Source: an uncultured Bacteroidota bacterium (GTDB lineage: Bacteria > Bacteroidota > Bacteroidia > Bacteroidales > CG2-30-32-10). Taken from it: a stretch of 53,313 nucleotides of DNA. Under the pieces are notes generated by a model. That model searched no databases, had not been told where the DNA came from, and saw only the letters and a program-made list of their open reading frames with translations. The DNA is taken from NCBI GenBank assembly GCA_903847905.1, contig CAINEZ010000350.1:1-53313 (forward strand). Direction: 5' to 3'. This document shows positions 27,819 to 36,701 of this stretch, in pieces; within the stretch, counting starts at the first letter, position 1; each line of letters begins with the position of its first letter. A program made the position numbers and the translations under genes.

Positions 27819-30230
27819 ATGAAAGGTAAAATTTTTGCGGAATCAAGTAATATCTACCAGGATCAGGCGAAGATATTATTTAACTATTATCAGCAAATGG
27901 CTGAAAAGATAGTTCTAGAAGAAGAAAACACGGAAAAAGAGATCGCTAAACTGGAAGAAGAAAAAACAGTCTTAGAAAAAGATTTATCAAATGCCAAACT
28001 TTGGAAATGGGTGCTTTGCATTTTTATCATCCCTTTTATTTATTTTTTATTAAGAGAAAAAAATCTAATTACCCAAATAAGTGCACTTGAAGAAAGGATA
28101 GCTGAATATCAAAAACTGCACAAAGAAATATTCAGAGATTACAAAGTCAGTAAATTAGGGATAGCCTATGTGCCTGTTGCTAGTCAATTTAAATATGAAA
28201 ATAAGAGCTTTATTGTTGACCATACAGGAATGGTTGGAGAATCAGAGGTAAAGCTACAATTATCAAAACAAAATGATTTATTGATCGAAAAAATTGAAGA
28301 TTTGGAAAAATTGTCTTCAGAGGCCCCATTGGTTGAAAGTTCAAATGAAACTGAGGAAATTGATACTGAGAAATATTCACTTTCTATGCAGCAATTAAAT
28401 CAGCATGATTATTTTGGAAATCTGGAACGCTCACTAAGGACTATTTCATACTGTATGGATGATTTGGATGTTACATCAGTTTCATTACCTCTGGTTGCTA
28501 ACAATAGCCCTTACCTAAAATTTATCAATGAATATTCAACAACAGAGATCCCAGAGGGAGCACCTGTTTTTGAAGTTTTCGATACTAAAAAATATAATGA
28601 TGATATTGCAAAATTTCAGGAACTTAATAAATTAAAAGATTCACTTTCAAAAAATACTGCACAATTTGAAGATGTTTTAAAGGGTCTTATGGTTACTATG
28701 GCTAATTCTGTTCAGGCAATTTCGGCACTTAAAGTTGCTTCAACAGATAAGATTATATTTGAATCAAATAAAGTATTATTCAAAATTTTAAAATCCCCTT
28801 ATAATCATTACTCCCCAGTATTAGAAGCCGGAGAAATTGAAAGAATCAGAAATGAAAACTTTAATTATGGAGATTCGGTGCAGGATTATGTTCCTTTTCA
28901 ATTAAAAGATAGTTCGCGTGTAAAATACAATTTGTTATCCGATGCATGGGTTGCAGAAGATGGAAGTTCAACGAACTTCCCTTTTGGAATTCATCAGATA
29001 CACGAAGAAATTGTCGCTCCTATGGTACAGAATTTAATGAATGAGACGCGTATTGAAAGATTGAAAATATACAACCATATTAAAGACCAAAAGATAAGCT
29101 ATCTGAATAAATGGCACCAGGATACAGAAGATTTTTACGGTAGAAATCGGGCCGAAAGTGCAGATTTAATCAATTTAATGCGAGCAAGTTTGAGGGATTA
29201 CATAGCCGCCTATAATACATTTGCCGCACTTAAAAATACTGAAAATAGCATGACGGCATCAAAAGTATCAAGGGATTCTGATATCGAAGGAGAAAATGAT
29301 AATTCAGTTGGTTTATTAGATTCAACTGTTGTAACAGTAAATGATAATTCCGCTGAAGTATTGGCTGCTTTTGACATGCAATCAAAAGAATTTCAAAATG
29401 TTCAACTTGATTTTGAGGATTATATGGAGCGCCTCAAAGAGGATATTGATCAAAAAGCAGAAAAATTTGAGCATATTGATTATTATGATGCCCTCCTTCG
29501 AGATGGAAATTCAAAAGATACTGCTGTTGCAACAAATGAAATGCAAAAATTAGATGAAAGGAGAAAACCACTTATTTCGGTTAATCCTCTTTTTGCAAAA
29601 AATTCAGAAATGCCACCGATACCAAGCGTTGAAGATATTACATATGAGCACATCTCACTCAACTTGCCGGTAATAGCCAGAAATGCCCTTAAGGATCTTG
29701 ATGATGATTTAAGTACTGAATCAATAAATGACGATAATAATGGAGGACCAAAGATTGGAAGTCCCATTGAAAATAATGACGTAAAAGATGATGTTGAATC
29801 TGGCACATCCATCGAAAAATACTTTTGTACTGATTGTGGAGCAGAGTTAACATCGGATACTACTATTTGCACGGATTGTGGGGCCAAGATTGATACTGTT
29901 AATGAGGATAAAATGAATGAAGCCGAAAAAGTTCCCAACACAATAAATGAAGAACAGAATTTGGACGAAACTAAACAGTTTTTCTGCCCTGAATGCGGTT
30001 CAAAAGTCACATCAGATTCAAAACATTGTCCGGAGTGTGGAATTGAATTAAAGGTTGAAGAATTTGAGGAAAATGATATTAATCAGGAAAATCAAAGTGA
30101 AGAAGAAGCAGGACAATTTTTTTGCCCTGAATGTGGTATCAAGGTGACAACAGAAGTAACAATTTGTCCGGGTTGCGGCACTGAACTTAGTTTTGATGAA
30201 GACGATGAAGATAAAAAAATTAATAATTAA
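27819..30230 (+). CDS. 803-aa coiled-coil protein with one hydrophobic segment and three C-terminal zinc ribbons
   Basis: N-terminal coiled coil (EKEIAKLEEEKTVLEKDL), then the hydrophobic segment LWKWVLCIFIIPFIYFLL. The C-terminus carries YFCTDCGAELTSDTTICTDCGAKI, FFCPECGSKVTSDSKHCPECGIEL and FFCPECGIKVTTEVTICPGCGTEL, separated by acidic linkers. No P-loop is seen. Confidence 0.75.
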   Translation: MKGKIFAESSNIYQDQAKILFNYYQQMAEKIVLEEENTEKEIAKLEEEKTVLEKDLSNAKLWKWVLCIFIIPFIYFLLREKNLITQISALEERIAEYQKLHKEIFRDYKVSKLGIAYVPVASQFKYENKSFIVDHTGMVGESEVKLQLSKQNDLLIEKIEDLEKLSSEAPLVESSNETEEIDTEKYSLSMQQLNQHDYFGNLERSLRTISYCMDDLDVTSVSLPLVANNSPYLKFINEYSTTEIPEGAPVFEVFDTKKYNDDIAKFQELNKLKDSLSKNTAQFEDVLKGLMVTMANSVQAISALKVASTDKIIFESNKVLFKILKSPYNHYSPVLEAGEIERIRNENFNYGDSVQDYVPFQLKDSSRVKYNLLSDAWVAEDGSSTNFPFGIHQIHEEIVAPMVQNLMNETRIERLKIYNHIKDQKISYLNKWHQDTEDFYGRNRAESADLINLMRASLRDYIAAYNTFAALKNTENSMTASKVSRDSDIEGENDNSVGLLDSTVVTVNDNSAEVLAAFDMQSKEFQNVQLDFEDYMERLKEDIDQKAEKFEHIDYYDALLRDGNSKDTAVATNEMQKLDERRKPLISVNPLFAKNSEMPPIPSVEDITYEHISLNLPVIARNALKDLDDDLSTESINDDNNGGPKIGSPIENNDVKDDVESGTSIEKYFCTDCGAELTSDTTICTDCGAKIDTVNEDKMNEAEKVPNTINEEQNLDETKQFFCPECGSKVTSDSKHCPECGIELKVEEFEENDINQENQSEEEAGQFFCPECGIKVTTEVTICPGCGTELSFDEDDEDKKINN

Positions 30231-30250
30231 TTTTCCCAAATTTAGTAATT

Positions 30251-31165
30251 ATGGCAACATTTAATTATACAGTCGATACTCAGCCAATGGCTGAGGAAAT
30301 GAGCAGTGTTTCGCGACATGTTAACGTAACTACCGGTGCTGTTGTAGCAATGCAAACTTCATTAATTGCCGCAGAAGCAAGTGCTGCTGATCACATTTGT
30401 GAAAATGTTAATAAGGGTTTTTATTCTCTTATCCGGTCTCAGATTTCACAAAAAATGGCAAAGTTAAAAAGTGATGTAGACTCCCATTTAATGCAATTAG
30501 TTCAACAAAAAAAGGCCTTATTAAGTATTAAAAGCAGAATGTCTCGTGATTATAATATGATAGCAAATCGGTACAATAAACTCTTCAATAGCCTAAATGC
30601 GAATCTTAAACACAGGGTTTTTGAACTCGACAAGCCAACAATTGATTTTGCATGCAAGGAAATAGATAAAGTTTCGAACCGTACAAAATATTTAACGGCG
30701 ACAATTCCTATAACTCAATTAGAATCAATTTCGTTGAGCCAAAAAATAATTGCTTCAAATGTAAAGAAAAGAGGCTTTAATGTAATAAATTCCATGAAAG
30801 GCTTTATTCATGAAATGAACCTCCAAAAAAAGTTAACGGACCAGGTATTAATTGATAATAATAATATTATTAAAGTCGGAACATCATCTATCCCAATTTT
30901 AGTTTATGAATGCAACAGGGATAGAACAGAAAATAAAAATATTGATATTATTGTGCCAGTAGTTGAATTAGACAATATCACTGTATGTTCTATAAAAAAT
31001 AAAGCCTATAGTGAATTCTCGCAATTAAATTGGAATAATGAAACTAAACCAGCTCCAGAGGTATATGAAGAGTTCAGTAAATTATTGGCAATATCCTCTA
31101 AATCATCCCAAATAAAGGATTTAGCATTACAATTGTTTCAATCTAACAAGTATCAAACCATTTAA
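30251..31165 (+). CDS. unknown protein, paralogue A of tandem pair
   Basis: It shares with the next gene VDTxP...ENVN...A.V...GFYxxIRSxISQ...HLM.L......K..M..DY..I..RY.K.F..LN..L..R..ELD.P. The central region is helical. Confidence 0.65.
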   Translation: MATFNYTVDTQPMAEEMSSVSRHVNVTTGAVVAMQTSLIAAEASAADHICENVNKGFYSLIRSQISQKMAKLKSDVDSHLMQLVQQKKALLSIKSRMSRDYNMIANRYNKLFNSLNANLKHRVFELDKPTIDFACKEIDKVSNRTKYLTATIPITQLESISLSQKIIASNVKKRGFNVINSMKGFIHEMNLQKKLTDQVLIDNNNIIKVGTSSIPILVYECNRDRTENKNIDIIVPVVELDNITVCSIKNKAYSEFSQLNWNNETKPAPEVYEEFSKLLAISSKSSQIKDLALQLFQSNKYQTI

Positions 31166-31176
31166 TTGTTACGGAT

Positions 31177-32208
31177 ATGAGTTATACAAGAAGATATAGT
31201 GAAACTGTTTCCAAAACGATAACTGTTTCTTATCCAGAAGTCAAAGGAGGGGGGAGTAAATCTGTAACAGTTGATATTCCAATTGATGTGAATATCCATG
31301 TTGACACCAATCCATTTGATCAGAGCGTTGAACATTGTGGGGAAAATGTAAATCTACTTACTGCTGCTGTAGTGGCAACAGAATCTGCTGAAATTATCTC
31401 TAAAAAGAAAAATTCGGTTAAAGTTGCAAATTCTATTATTGGCGGTTTCTATGGTTATATTCGTTCAGAAATCAGCCAGCAAATTGCTGAATTGAGTCAA
31501 AACATTGATGCTCATTTAATGCATCTTAAAGAATTGGCACAATCCTGTTTTGCGAAAAAGAAACAGATGGAAACAGATTATCATAGAATTACCAGTCGGT
31601 ATGTAAAGATTTTTGAAGACTTGAATAACGAGTTATCTAATCGAATACATGAATTGGATAGGCCTTCATTTGTTTTTAAAAAAGAAACTGATAATCAAAA
31701 AATCAGAACTACCGACAACCAATTGGTTAATACAGTTGCAATAGGAGGGGCTGAAAGTGGAAGTTTACAGTCAAGAATTGGTGCATCATTAGCCAAAAAA
31801 CGCGCATTTGATGCTTTATGCAAGGCAAAGTCATTTCTATTACAGCAAAAGCAATTAAATACTACCATTCAGCGGAGTATGTTTAATGAAAGTGTTACTA
31901 ATTCAATTTATACTCCTATTTGTTTTATTGAAAAAAATAATGTTGGCAATCAATCTGATAAAACTGTCTTTACTCTGGAATACTTATCTATGCTTAAGGA
32001 AAATCTACAAAAAATTGCATTGATTGAGCATTTTTCTGCAAAATCAATAACATGGAATAAACTTTCTCAAGATGATCAAAAATCTATAGGATTATATTTT
32101 GACACTGAGCTTAATAATAATTCTGCAAATGATATACATTCCGAACGTGTCAGGGATATGATACGGAAGTTAGCAAACCTAAGTTCAATTAAAGTAATAA
32201 ATTATTAA
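31177..32208 (+). CDS. unknown protein, paralogue B of tandem pair
   Basis: GFYGYIRSEISQQIAELSQNIDAHLMHLKELAQSCFAKKKQMETDYHRITSRYVKIFEDLNNELSNRIHELDRP aligns with the same region of 30251..31165. The intergenic gap is 11 nt. Confidence 0.65.
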   Translation: MSYTRRYSETVSKTITVSYPEVKGGGSKSVTVDIPIDVNIHVDTNPFDQSVEHCGENVNLLTAAVVATESAEIISKKKNSVKVANSIIGGFYGYIRSEISQQIAELSQNIDAHLMHLKELAQSCFAKKKQMETDYHRITSRYVKIFEDLNNELSNRIHELDRPSFVFKKETDNQKIRTTDNQLVNTVAIGGAESGSLQSRIGASLAKKRAFDALCKAKSFLLQQKQLNTTIQRSMFNESVTNSIYTPICFIEKNNVGNQSDKTVFTLEYLSMLKENLQKIALIEHFSAKSITWNKLSQDDQKSIGLYFDTELNNNSANDIHSERVRDMIRKLANLSSIKVINY

Positions 32209-32219
32209 AATATAATATT

Positions 32220-33194
32220 ATGAAAGAATTAAAAGAAGTCCGGTATAACGAAACAAATATTCAACTTAAAGATAATTTAGTAAAAGGGTCAATTTTACCC
32301 GAAAAAATTGCTGAACTCGATAGAACAATAACCATTCAAGGTAATGCAATAATTGAGGGTGCCGTTTATGCCCATAAATTGGAGATTCAGCAAGGTGATA
32401 CTGAAATCCATGGAGCAGTGTTTACCCAACTTGAAATGTATGTTAATAGTGAGGCAAAAGGGAATATCTTTTTCAAAAAGAGTGTTGGTTCTGCAAATTC
32501 TATTGTTTCCAGAGCACTAAATTGTCATTTAATGTTTTACTCTGATATAAATGCTAAAAGTGTAACCCTATACAATGCATTTATAGCTGGCAGTATTTAT
32601 GCAGATGAAATAATTTTACAAAACTGCGTGGTTATTGGAGGTGTTTTTGCAACACAGAACATAGATATTACTAATTCTATTGTTGGGACATTTAATACCC
32701 CTTCAATAAAAGTAGCACAACAACTATGGCTTTTACTACCAAGTGCGTTTTCAATTGAAAAAATTATTACTGTACCCGGCACAAAGTTCTACAATTTAAG
32801 TTTAGCAGATCTTGGGTCCCTATATAAAGGGATGGTACAGTCAGTTAATTCTGGTAAGATAGAGATGAATATTGATACTGACGAAGTGAAAACGACACTG
32901 ACTAGTGAAGATATGCAGAAGACGATACGGAGTTATACTGTAGTTGGAAAAGTATTAGCAGCTGATCTATTAGATTTTGATAAATTTCAAAATCATTTTT
33001 TACTAACTGCTGCCAGTTTAGGTTCTCAACTACTTAAGAATTATGATCTGGGAGTTGATGATAAAGGGAAACCAGTTACGCTTTCATTTGAAAAAATCAG
33101 GGATTTCTTTTTTGGAATATTACATGGTAAAATTGAAGTGCAAGAAATTGATGGGAAGTTTGATATCTCTGATATTACAGGAAAATTCAATTAA
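32220..33194 (+). CDS. beta-helical repeat protein, bactofilin-like (putative polymer-forming)
   Basis: Periodic small/hydrophobic pattern ITIQGNAIIEGAVYAHKLEIQQGDTEIHGAVFTQLEMYVNSEAKGNIFFKKSVGSANSIV...IAGSIYADEIILQNCVVIGGVFATQNIDITNSIVG, typical of bactofilin or Toastrack-like beta-helices. It is the last gene of the operon. Confidence 0.45.
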   Translation: MKELKEVRYNETNIQLKDNLVKGSILPEKIAELDRTITIQGNAIIEGAVYAHKLEIQQGDTEIHGAVFTQLEMYVNSEAKGNIFFKKSVGSANSIVSRALNCHLMFYSDINAKSVTLYNAFIAGSIYADEIILQNCVVIGGVFATQNIDITNSIVGTFNTPSIKVAQQLWLLLPSAFSIEKIITVPGTKFYNLSLADLGSLYKGMVQSVNSGKIEMNIDTDEVKTTLTSEDMQKTIRSYTVVGKVLAADLLDFDKFQNHFLLTAASLGSQLLKNYDLGVDDKGKPVTLSFEKIRDFFFGILHGKIEVQEIDGKFDISDITGKFN

Positions 33195-33215
33195 TATTGT
33201 GTAATTGTATTAGAG

Positions 33216-33881
33216 CTATTTTTGAATTTTCTTTTTTATATTCTTATAATTCTTCACAAAATCACCATAGCATTTAACCTGCTTGAATTGTTCTTTATAA
33301 ACAGAATCTTCCTCATATAAGAAACCCATGCTGCACGATAATTGCCCGCAATCCTCCGTTAAAATATCAGTATAATATTTGTTTTCATCATCTTTTGATA
33401 GAATAACGACTATATCTCCGCTCCATCTGCCTTCAGGATCATCACTGTAATTGAAAACGGAAATAACATCTTTGTTACCCAATAAAGTAAACCACTCCAC
33501 TTCGAAATAATAATCCGCTCCAGCAAAATTATAAAGAAATCCTGCCTGAGTGCCACTTCCATCCGTATATTTTCTGAAAAACAATTTCCGAAAAGCAGAT
33601 GTTTTTAACTCCCGCCCACTAGTATAGATTTTATCAATTTTTTGGGTAGCTTCATGCGCAATTTTTAAATTGCACATCTTATCTATAAGCTCGTCCGATA
33701 AATCACTGCTTTTGTTTTGGCACAAAGCATAAACTTTTTCCGTTGTGCATCTATCTGTGTTTGCATCCTTGTAAGAGCTTGTTGTATCTGTTTTATTTAT
33801 TACGGTATCCGGCTTTTTGGTGTTGGAGTGGCATGAACAAATTACGCAAATAAATAATATGAATAAGATTTTGAAGTTCAT
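33216..33881 (-). CDS. lipoprotein, unknown function
   Basis: Lipobox in MNFKILFILFICVICSCHSN. It is convergent with the + strand block. Confidence 0.65.
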   Translation of the reverse strand: MNFKILFILFICVICSCHSNTKKPDTVINKTDTTSSYKDANTDRCTTEKVYALCQNKSSDLSDELIDKMCNLKIAHEATQKIDKIYTSGRELKTSAFRKLFFRKYTDGSGTQAGFLYNFAGADYYFEVEWFTLLGNKDVISVFNYSDDPEGRWSGDIVVILSKDDENKYYTDILTEDCGQLSCSMGFLYEEDSVYKEQFKQVKCYGDFVKNYKNIKKKIQK

Positions 33882-33884
33882 TTT

Positions 33885-34517
33885 TTATTTTTTTGATAAG
33901 TAATAAATTACTAATATTATTGCACCAATAATGAGAAAAATTATAGTTCTCCTAAATCTTCTTGCTCGTTTTTCTTTCTCAATCCTATCGTCTTCTTCAA
34001 TTTTTAAAAATTCTTTTGTTAATTGTTCATCAGTATATTCATCCCAAATTTTATTCTTTAGGTAAATATAAAAAACAATAGAGGAGATAATACCAATAAT
34101 TAATAGAGAAATACCAAGCCATTGTTTAATTGCGAATCCAATTACTGTTATCCAAAATGCAGCAGCAAAAAAATTGATAATTGCTTCATTTTTCCAAAAA
34201 AGTTTCTTTCTTACTCTGTTTTTTTCTTCGTAACTCAATTCTTTTCTGTGACAAAATGGGCAAACTAAGGCGTTCTCATTAATCAATTCTTGACAAAAGT
34301 TACAATTTTTTTTATTTTTTCGTTCATCCCTTTCTAATTTCATTTTCTCCAAAAAAGCACCTAATTTTTGCTCATCCAGCGAGCCATAATTGTTAAATAC
34401 TTTGTCACGAAAATGCAACCAATCCTCATGAGTCCATCCGTTTGGATGTATATATAAAAAATCATCAATCTCCGGACCTTTTTTGATTTTAATAAAAATT
34501 TCTTCCTGATATTCCAT
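33885..34517 (-). CDS. zinc-ribbon membrane protein
   Basis: CNFCQELINENALVCPFCHRK, followed by two or three TM helices. Confidence 0.65.
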   Translation of the reverse strand: MEYQEEIFIKIKKGPEIDDFLYIHPNGWTHEDWLHFRDKVFNNYGSLDEQKLGAFLEKMKLERDERKNKKNCNFCQELINENALVCPFCHRKELSYEEKNRVRKKLFWKNEAIINFFAAAFWITVIGFAIKQWLGISLLIIGIISSIVFYIYLKNKIWDEYTDEQLTKEFLKIEEDDRIEKEKRARRFRRTIIFLIIGAIILVIYYLSKK

Positions 34518-34598
34518 TCGTTTAAAAAAATTATTAATCCTTTTTAGAGTTAAATTCCAATAATAATATCATTTGAGGCTGTGAATTTTTAAATTCAA

Positions 34599-35291
34599 TT
34601 AACGACAATTTTTATATACTTCGTCTTTATTAATATAAGATTTAATTTGTTCGGGAGTCAAGTAGGTATTTCTTTTAAAGTCTTTATATTCTTTTGATGC
34701 ATTAGATTTATTTAGTACAAAATCAGCCCAATCATATAGTTGCCAACCCAAGCCATTTTTAATCGTCAAACTATCGATAAATTGTTCATATTCTTTCTTT
34801 TTCTCATCAGAAAGATAATCTAATCCTCTATTAATAACTCCAATTGTATTTTTATTTTCATAATCAATAATATGTGCGAGTTCATGTCCAATTACACCAA
34901 TCTGAGCATTAAATGGCACATTTTCTAAAAGAACACCTTCGAAATCTTTGCTATTATTAATATAAATAATGTACTCTTTTTGAGAAAGATTTTGAATTAT
35001 AGAGTGGATTGTTGGCCTACATTGCATAGTAGTAGTAATATTTAAAAAAACGAAATCAATATGCACATCCTTTAATGAAGGATAATAAGATAGTGCAATT
35101 AAACATTGTAACCTAAATCGTGGTATAAAAAATTTATTTGAACCAAATTTTGTTAAAAGTGTTTCTTTGTTTTTTGCAAAGTTTGCAGAATCAATATATC
35201 TACAAGGAATTGGTACTTGCGCATATAAACCGGGGTTATAGCTTAGAATAACAAATAATATCTTATATACTAGCTTAATTTTGAAATTCAT
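34599..35291 (-). CDS. exported putative zinc metallopeptidase (HExxH)
   Basis: Signal peptide ending LYAQ. HELAH motif in IGVIGHELAHIIDYE. Confidence 0.55.
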   Translation of the reverse strand: MNFKIKLVYKILFVILSYNPGLYAQVPIPCRYIDSANFAKNKETLLTKFGSNKFFIPRFRLQCLIALSYYPSLKDVHIDFVFLNITTTMQCRPTIHSIIQNLSQKEYIIYINNSKDFEGVLLENVPFNAQIGVIGHELAHIIDYENKNTIGVINRGLDYLSDEKKKEYEQFIDSLTIKNGLGWQLYDWADFVLNKSNASKEYKDFKRNTYLTPEQIKSYINKDEVYKNCR

Positions 35292-36183
35292 GGAATAATC
35301 TTTCTTTAAAAACTTTTTTTATGATAATGCTGAAAACAATTGCAGTCCAAAATGAGAACATTGAATATATTAATGATGGTTTTACCATGTCTTGATTTTG
35401 TAATAAAGTACCGGCTATAAGAAAAGCTAACGTAGTATTATGGACTGCTGCCTCAATGGAAATTGTATACGAATTTCTCTTGCCTAAACTAAATATAAAT
35501 CCAATAAAACAGCCTGTCAACATGCAACCTATGTTTAGCATTATAGCAAACGGTAAAATTTCAAAAATTTCACCAGATGTAATACCAGTACCTCCTTGAT
35601 TTTTATTTGCAAAAAATTTGACTATGAAAACAACTGCCAACGCAATAAGCAAAACTATTTTTAAAGGCTTTTGTATTTTTATCGCTGTAATGGGCTTTAG
35701 ATGTCTAAAAATCACACCAATCGAAGCAGGTAAAATTGTTACCATAAAAATTTGAATTACAGTTTCCACGAATGATAAATGAATATCAGTCCCCTTTCCA
35801 TAATAAAATTGAAGTGCCAAATTTGTTATAAATGGAATTGAGAATAAAGTCAAGATGCTATTTATTGATGTAAGAGTAATTGACAATGCAACATTGCCTT
35901 TAAAAAAGTATGTGATAAAACCAGAGGTTGTACCACCTGGACAAGAAGCTAAAAGAATTAATCCCACTTTATAAGGTATAGGTATATTTGAAATTGATGC
36001 AATAGCAAAAGCTATCAAGGGTAAAACAATCATTTGGGTTGTTAAACCTATAATGAAAGACTTTGGATAAATTGCAATAGTTTTAAAATTCATAGGGGTT
36101 AAGGATAAACCTATCCCAAACATTATAAAACCTAAAACACAACTTATTAAAATATCAATAAAAGAATATGATGATAATTCCAT
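35275..36183 (-). CDS. bile acid:sodium symporter (BASS/SBF) family transporter
   Basis: About 9-10 TM helices, with the family-typical LASCPGGTTSG motif. The track start at 36189 is TTG; the ATG is at 36183. The 3' end overlaps the next gene by 17 nt. Confidence 0.75.
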   Translation of the reverse strand: MELSSYSFIDILISCVLGFIMFGIGLSLTPMNFKTIAIYPKSFIIGLTTQMIVLPLIAFAIASISNIPIPYKVGLILLASCPGGTTSGFITYFFKGNVALSITLTSINSILTLFSIPFITNLALQFYYGKGTDIHLSFVETVIQIFMVTILPASIGVIFRHLKPITAIKIQKPLKIVLLIALAVVFIVKFFANKNQGGTGITSGEIFEILPFAIMLNIGCMLTGCFIGFIFSLGKRNSYTISIEAAVHNTTLAFLIAGTLLQNQDMVKPSLIYSMFSFWTAIVFSIIIKKVFKERLFHEFQN

Positions 36184-36213
36184 TAGCAAAAGTCTCTATT
36201 AAATTTTATTGTT

Positions 36214-36257
36214 AAAAAAATAAGCCAAACCTTTTACTAATTTGGCTTATTTAAAAA
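36214..36257 (-). terminator. intrinsic (bidirectional) terminator
   Basis: A 10-bp stem ATAAGCCAAA/TTTGGCTTAT flanked by A-run and T-run. It lies downstream of 36272..36682. Confidence 0.8.
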
Positions 36258-36271
36258 AACATAGAAATTTC

Positions 36272-36682
36272 CTAGTTTATGCATCCATTACTACATCCAG
36301 GAGAAAATCCGCCACTATCGGCAATCTTTTCCCAGGTTCTAGTCTTAGCAGTTGTATTAAATATTAACCTTCCTTTAATCCAATAACTGGCACCAGAAAT
36401 TGATCCAGTCCACGATGCCATCATTGTGATTGTGATATTTCCAGTTAATTTACTAATTCTTGTTTGGCAAGTTCCATTACCATCGGCATCCCAATAAACA
36501 GTTGCTTGTAAATTGTTACCGCCCCATTTCGAACAACAACTCATCAAGTTACTTGCTGCCTGATTTGCCAAATCCTGAATTTCAGATTTCGCATCAGGGT
36601 CATTTTTTAATTCAGAACAATCTTGTGCTTTAACGCCCATTGTCCATATCAACATCCAAAAAATTAAAAAAACTTTTTTCAT
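36272..36682 (-). CDS. small secreted Cys-containing protein
   Basis: Signal peptide MKKVFLIFWMLIWTMGVKAQ. Element copy G lies upstream. Confidence 0.65.
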   Translation of the reverse strand: MKKVFLIFWMLIWTMGVKAQDCSELKNDPDAKSEIQDLANQAASNLMSCCSKWGGNNLQATVYWDADGNGTCQTRISKLTGNITITMMASWTGSISGASYWIKGRLIFNTTAKTRTWEKIADSGGFSPGCSNGCIN

Positions 36683-36701
36683 AATATTAATTTATTAATT
36701 A

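Noticed and set aside
29483-30010. 175-aa minus-strand ORF antisense to 27819..30230
   Set aside because: It is fully embedded in a + strand gene whose frame contains three clean zinc ribbons. The antisense product is low-complexity Ser/Phe-rich.
31230-31260. Walker-A-like KGGGSKS in 31177..32208
   Set aside because: It does not fit GxxxxGK(S/T), because Ser rather than Gly precedes the Lys. No Walker B is present.
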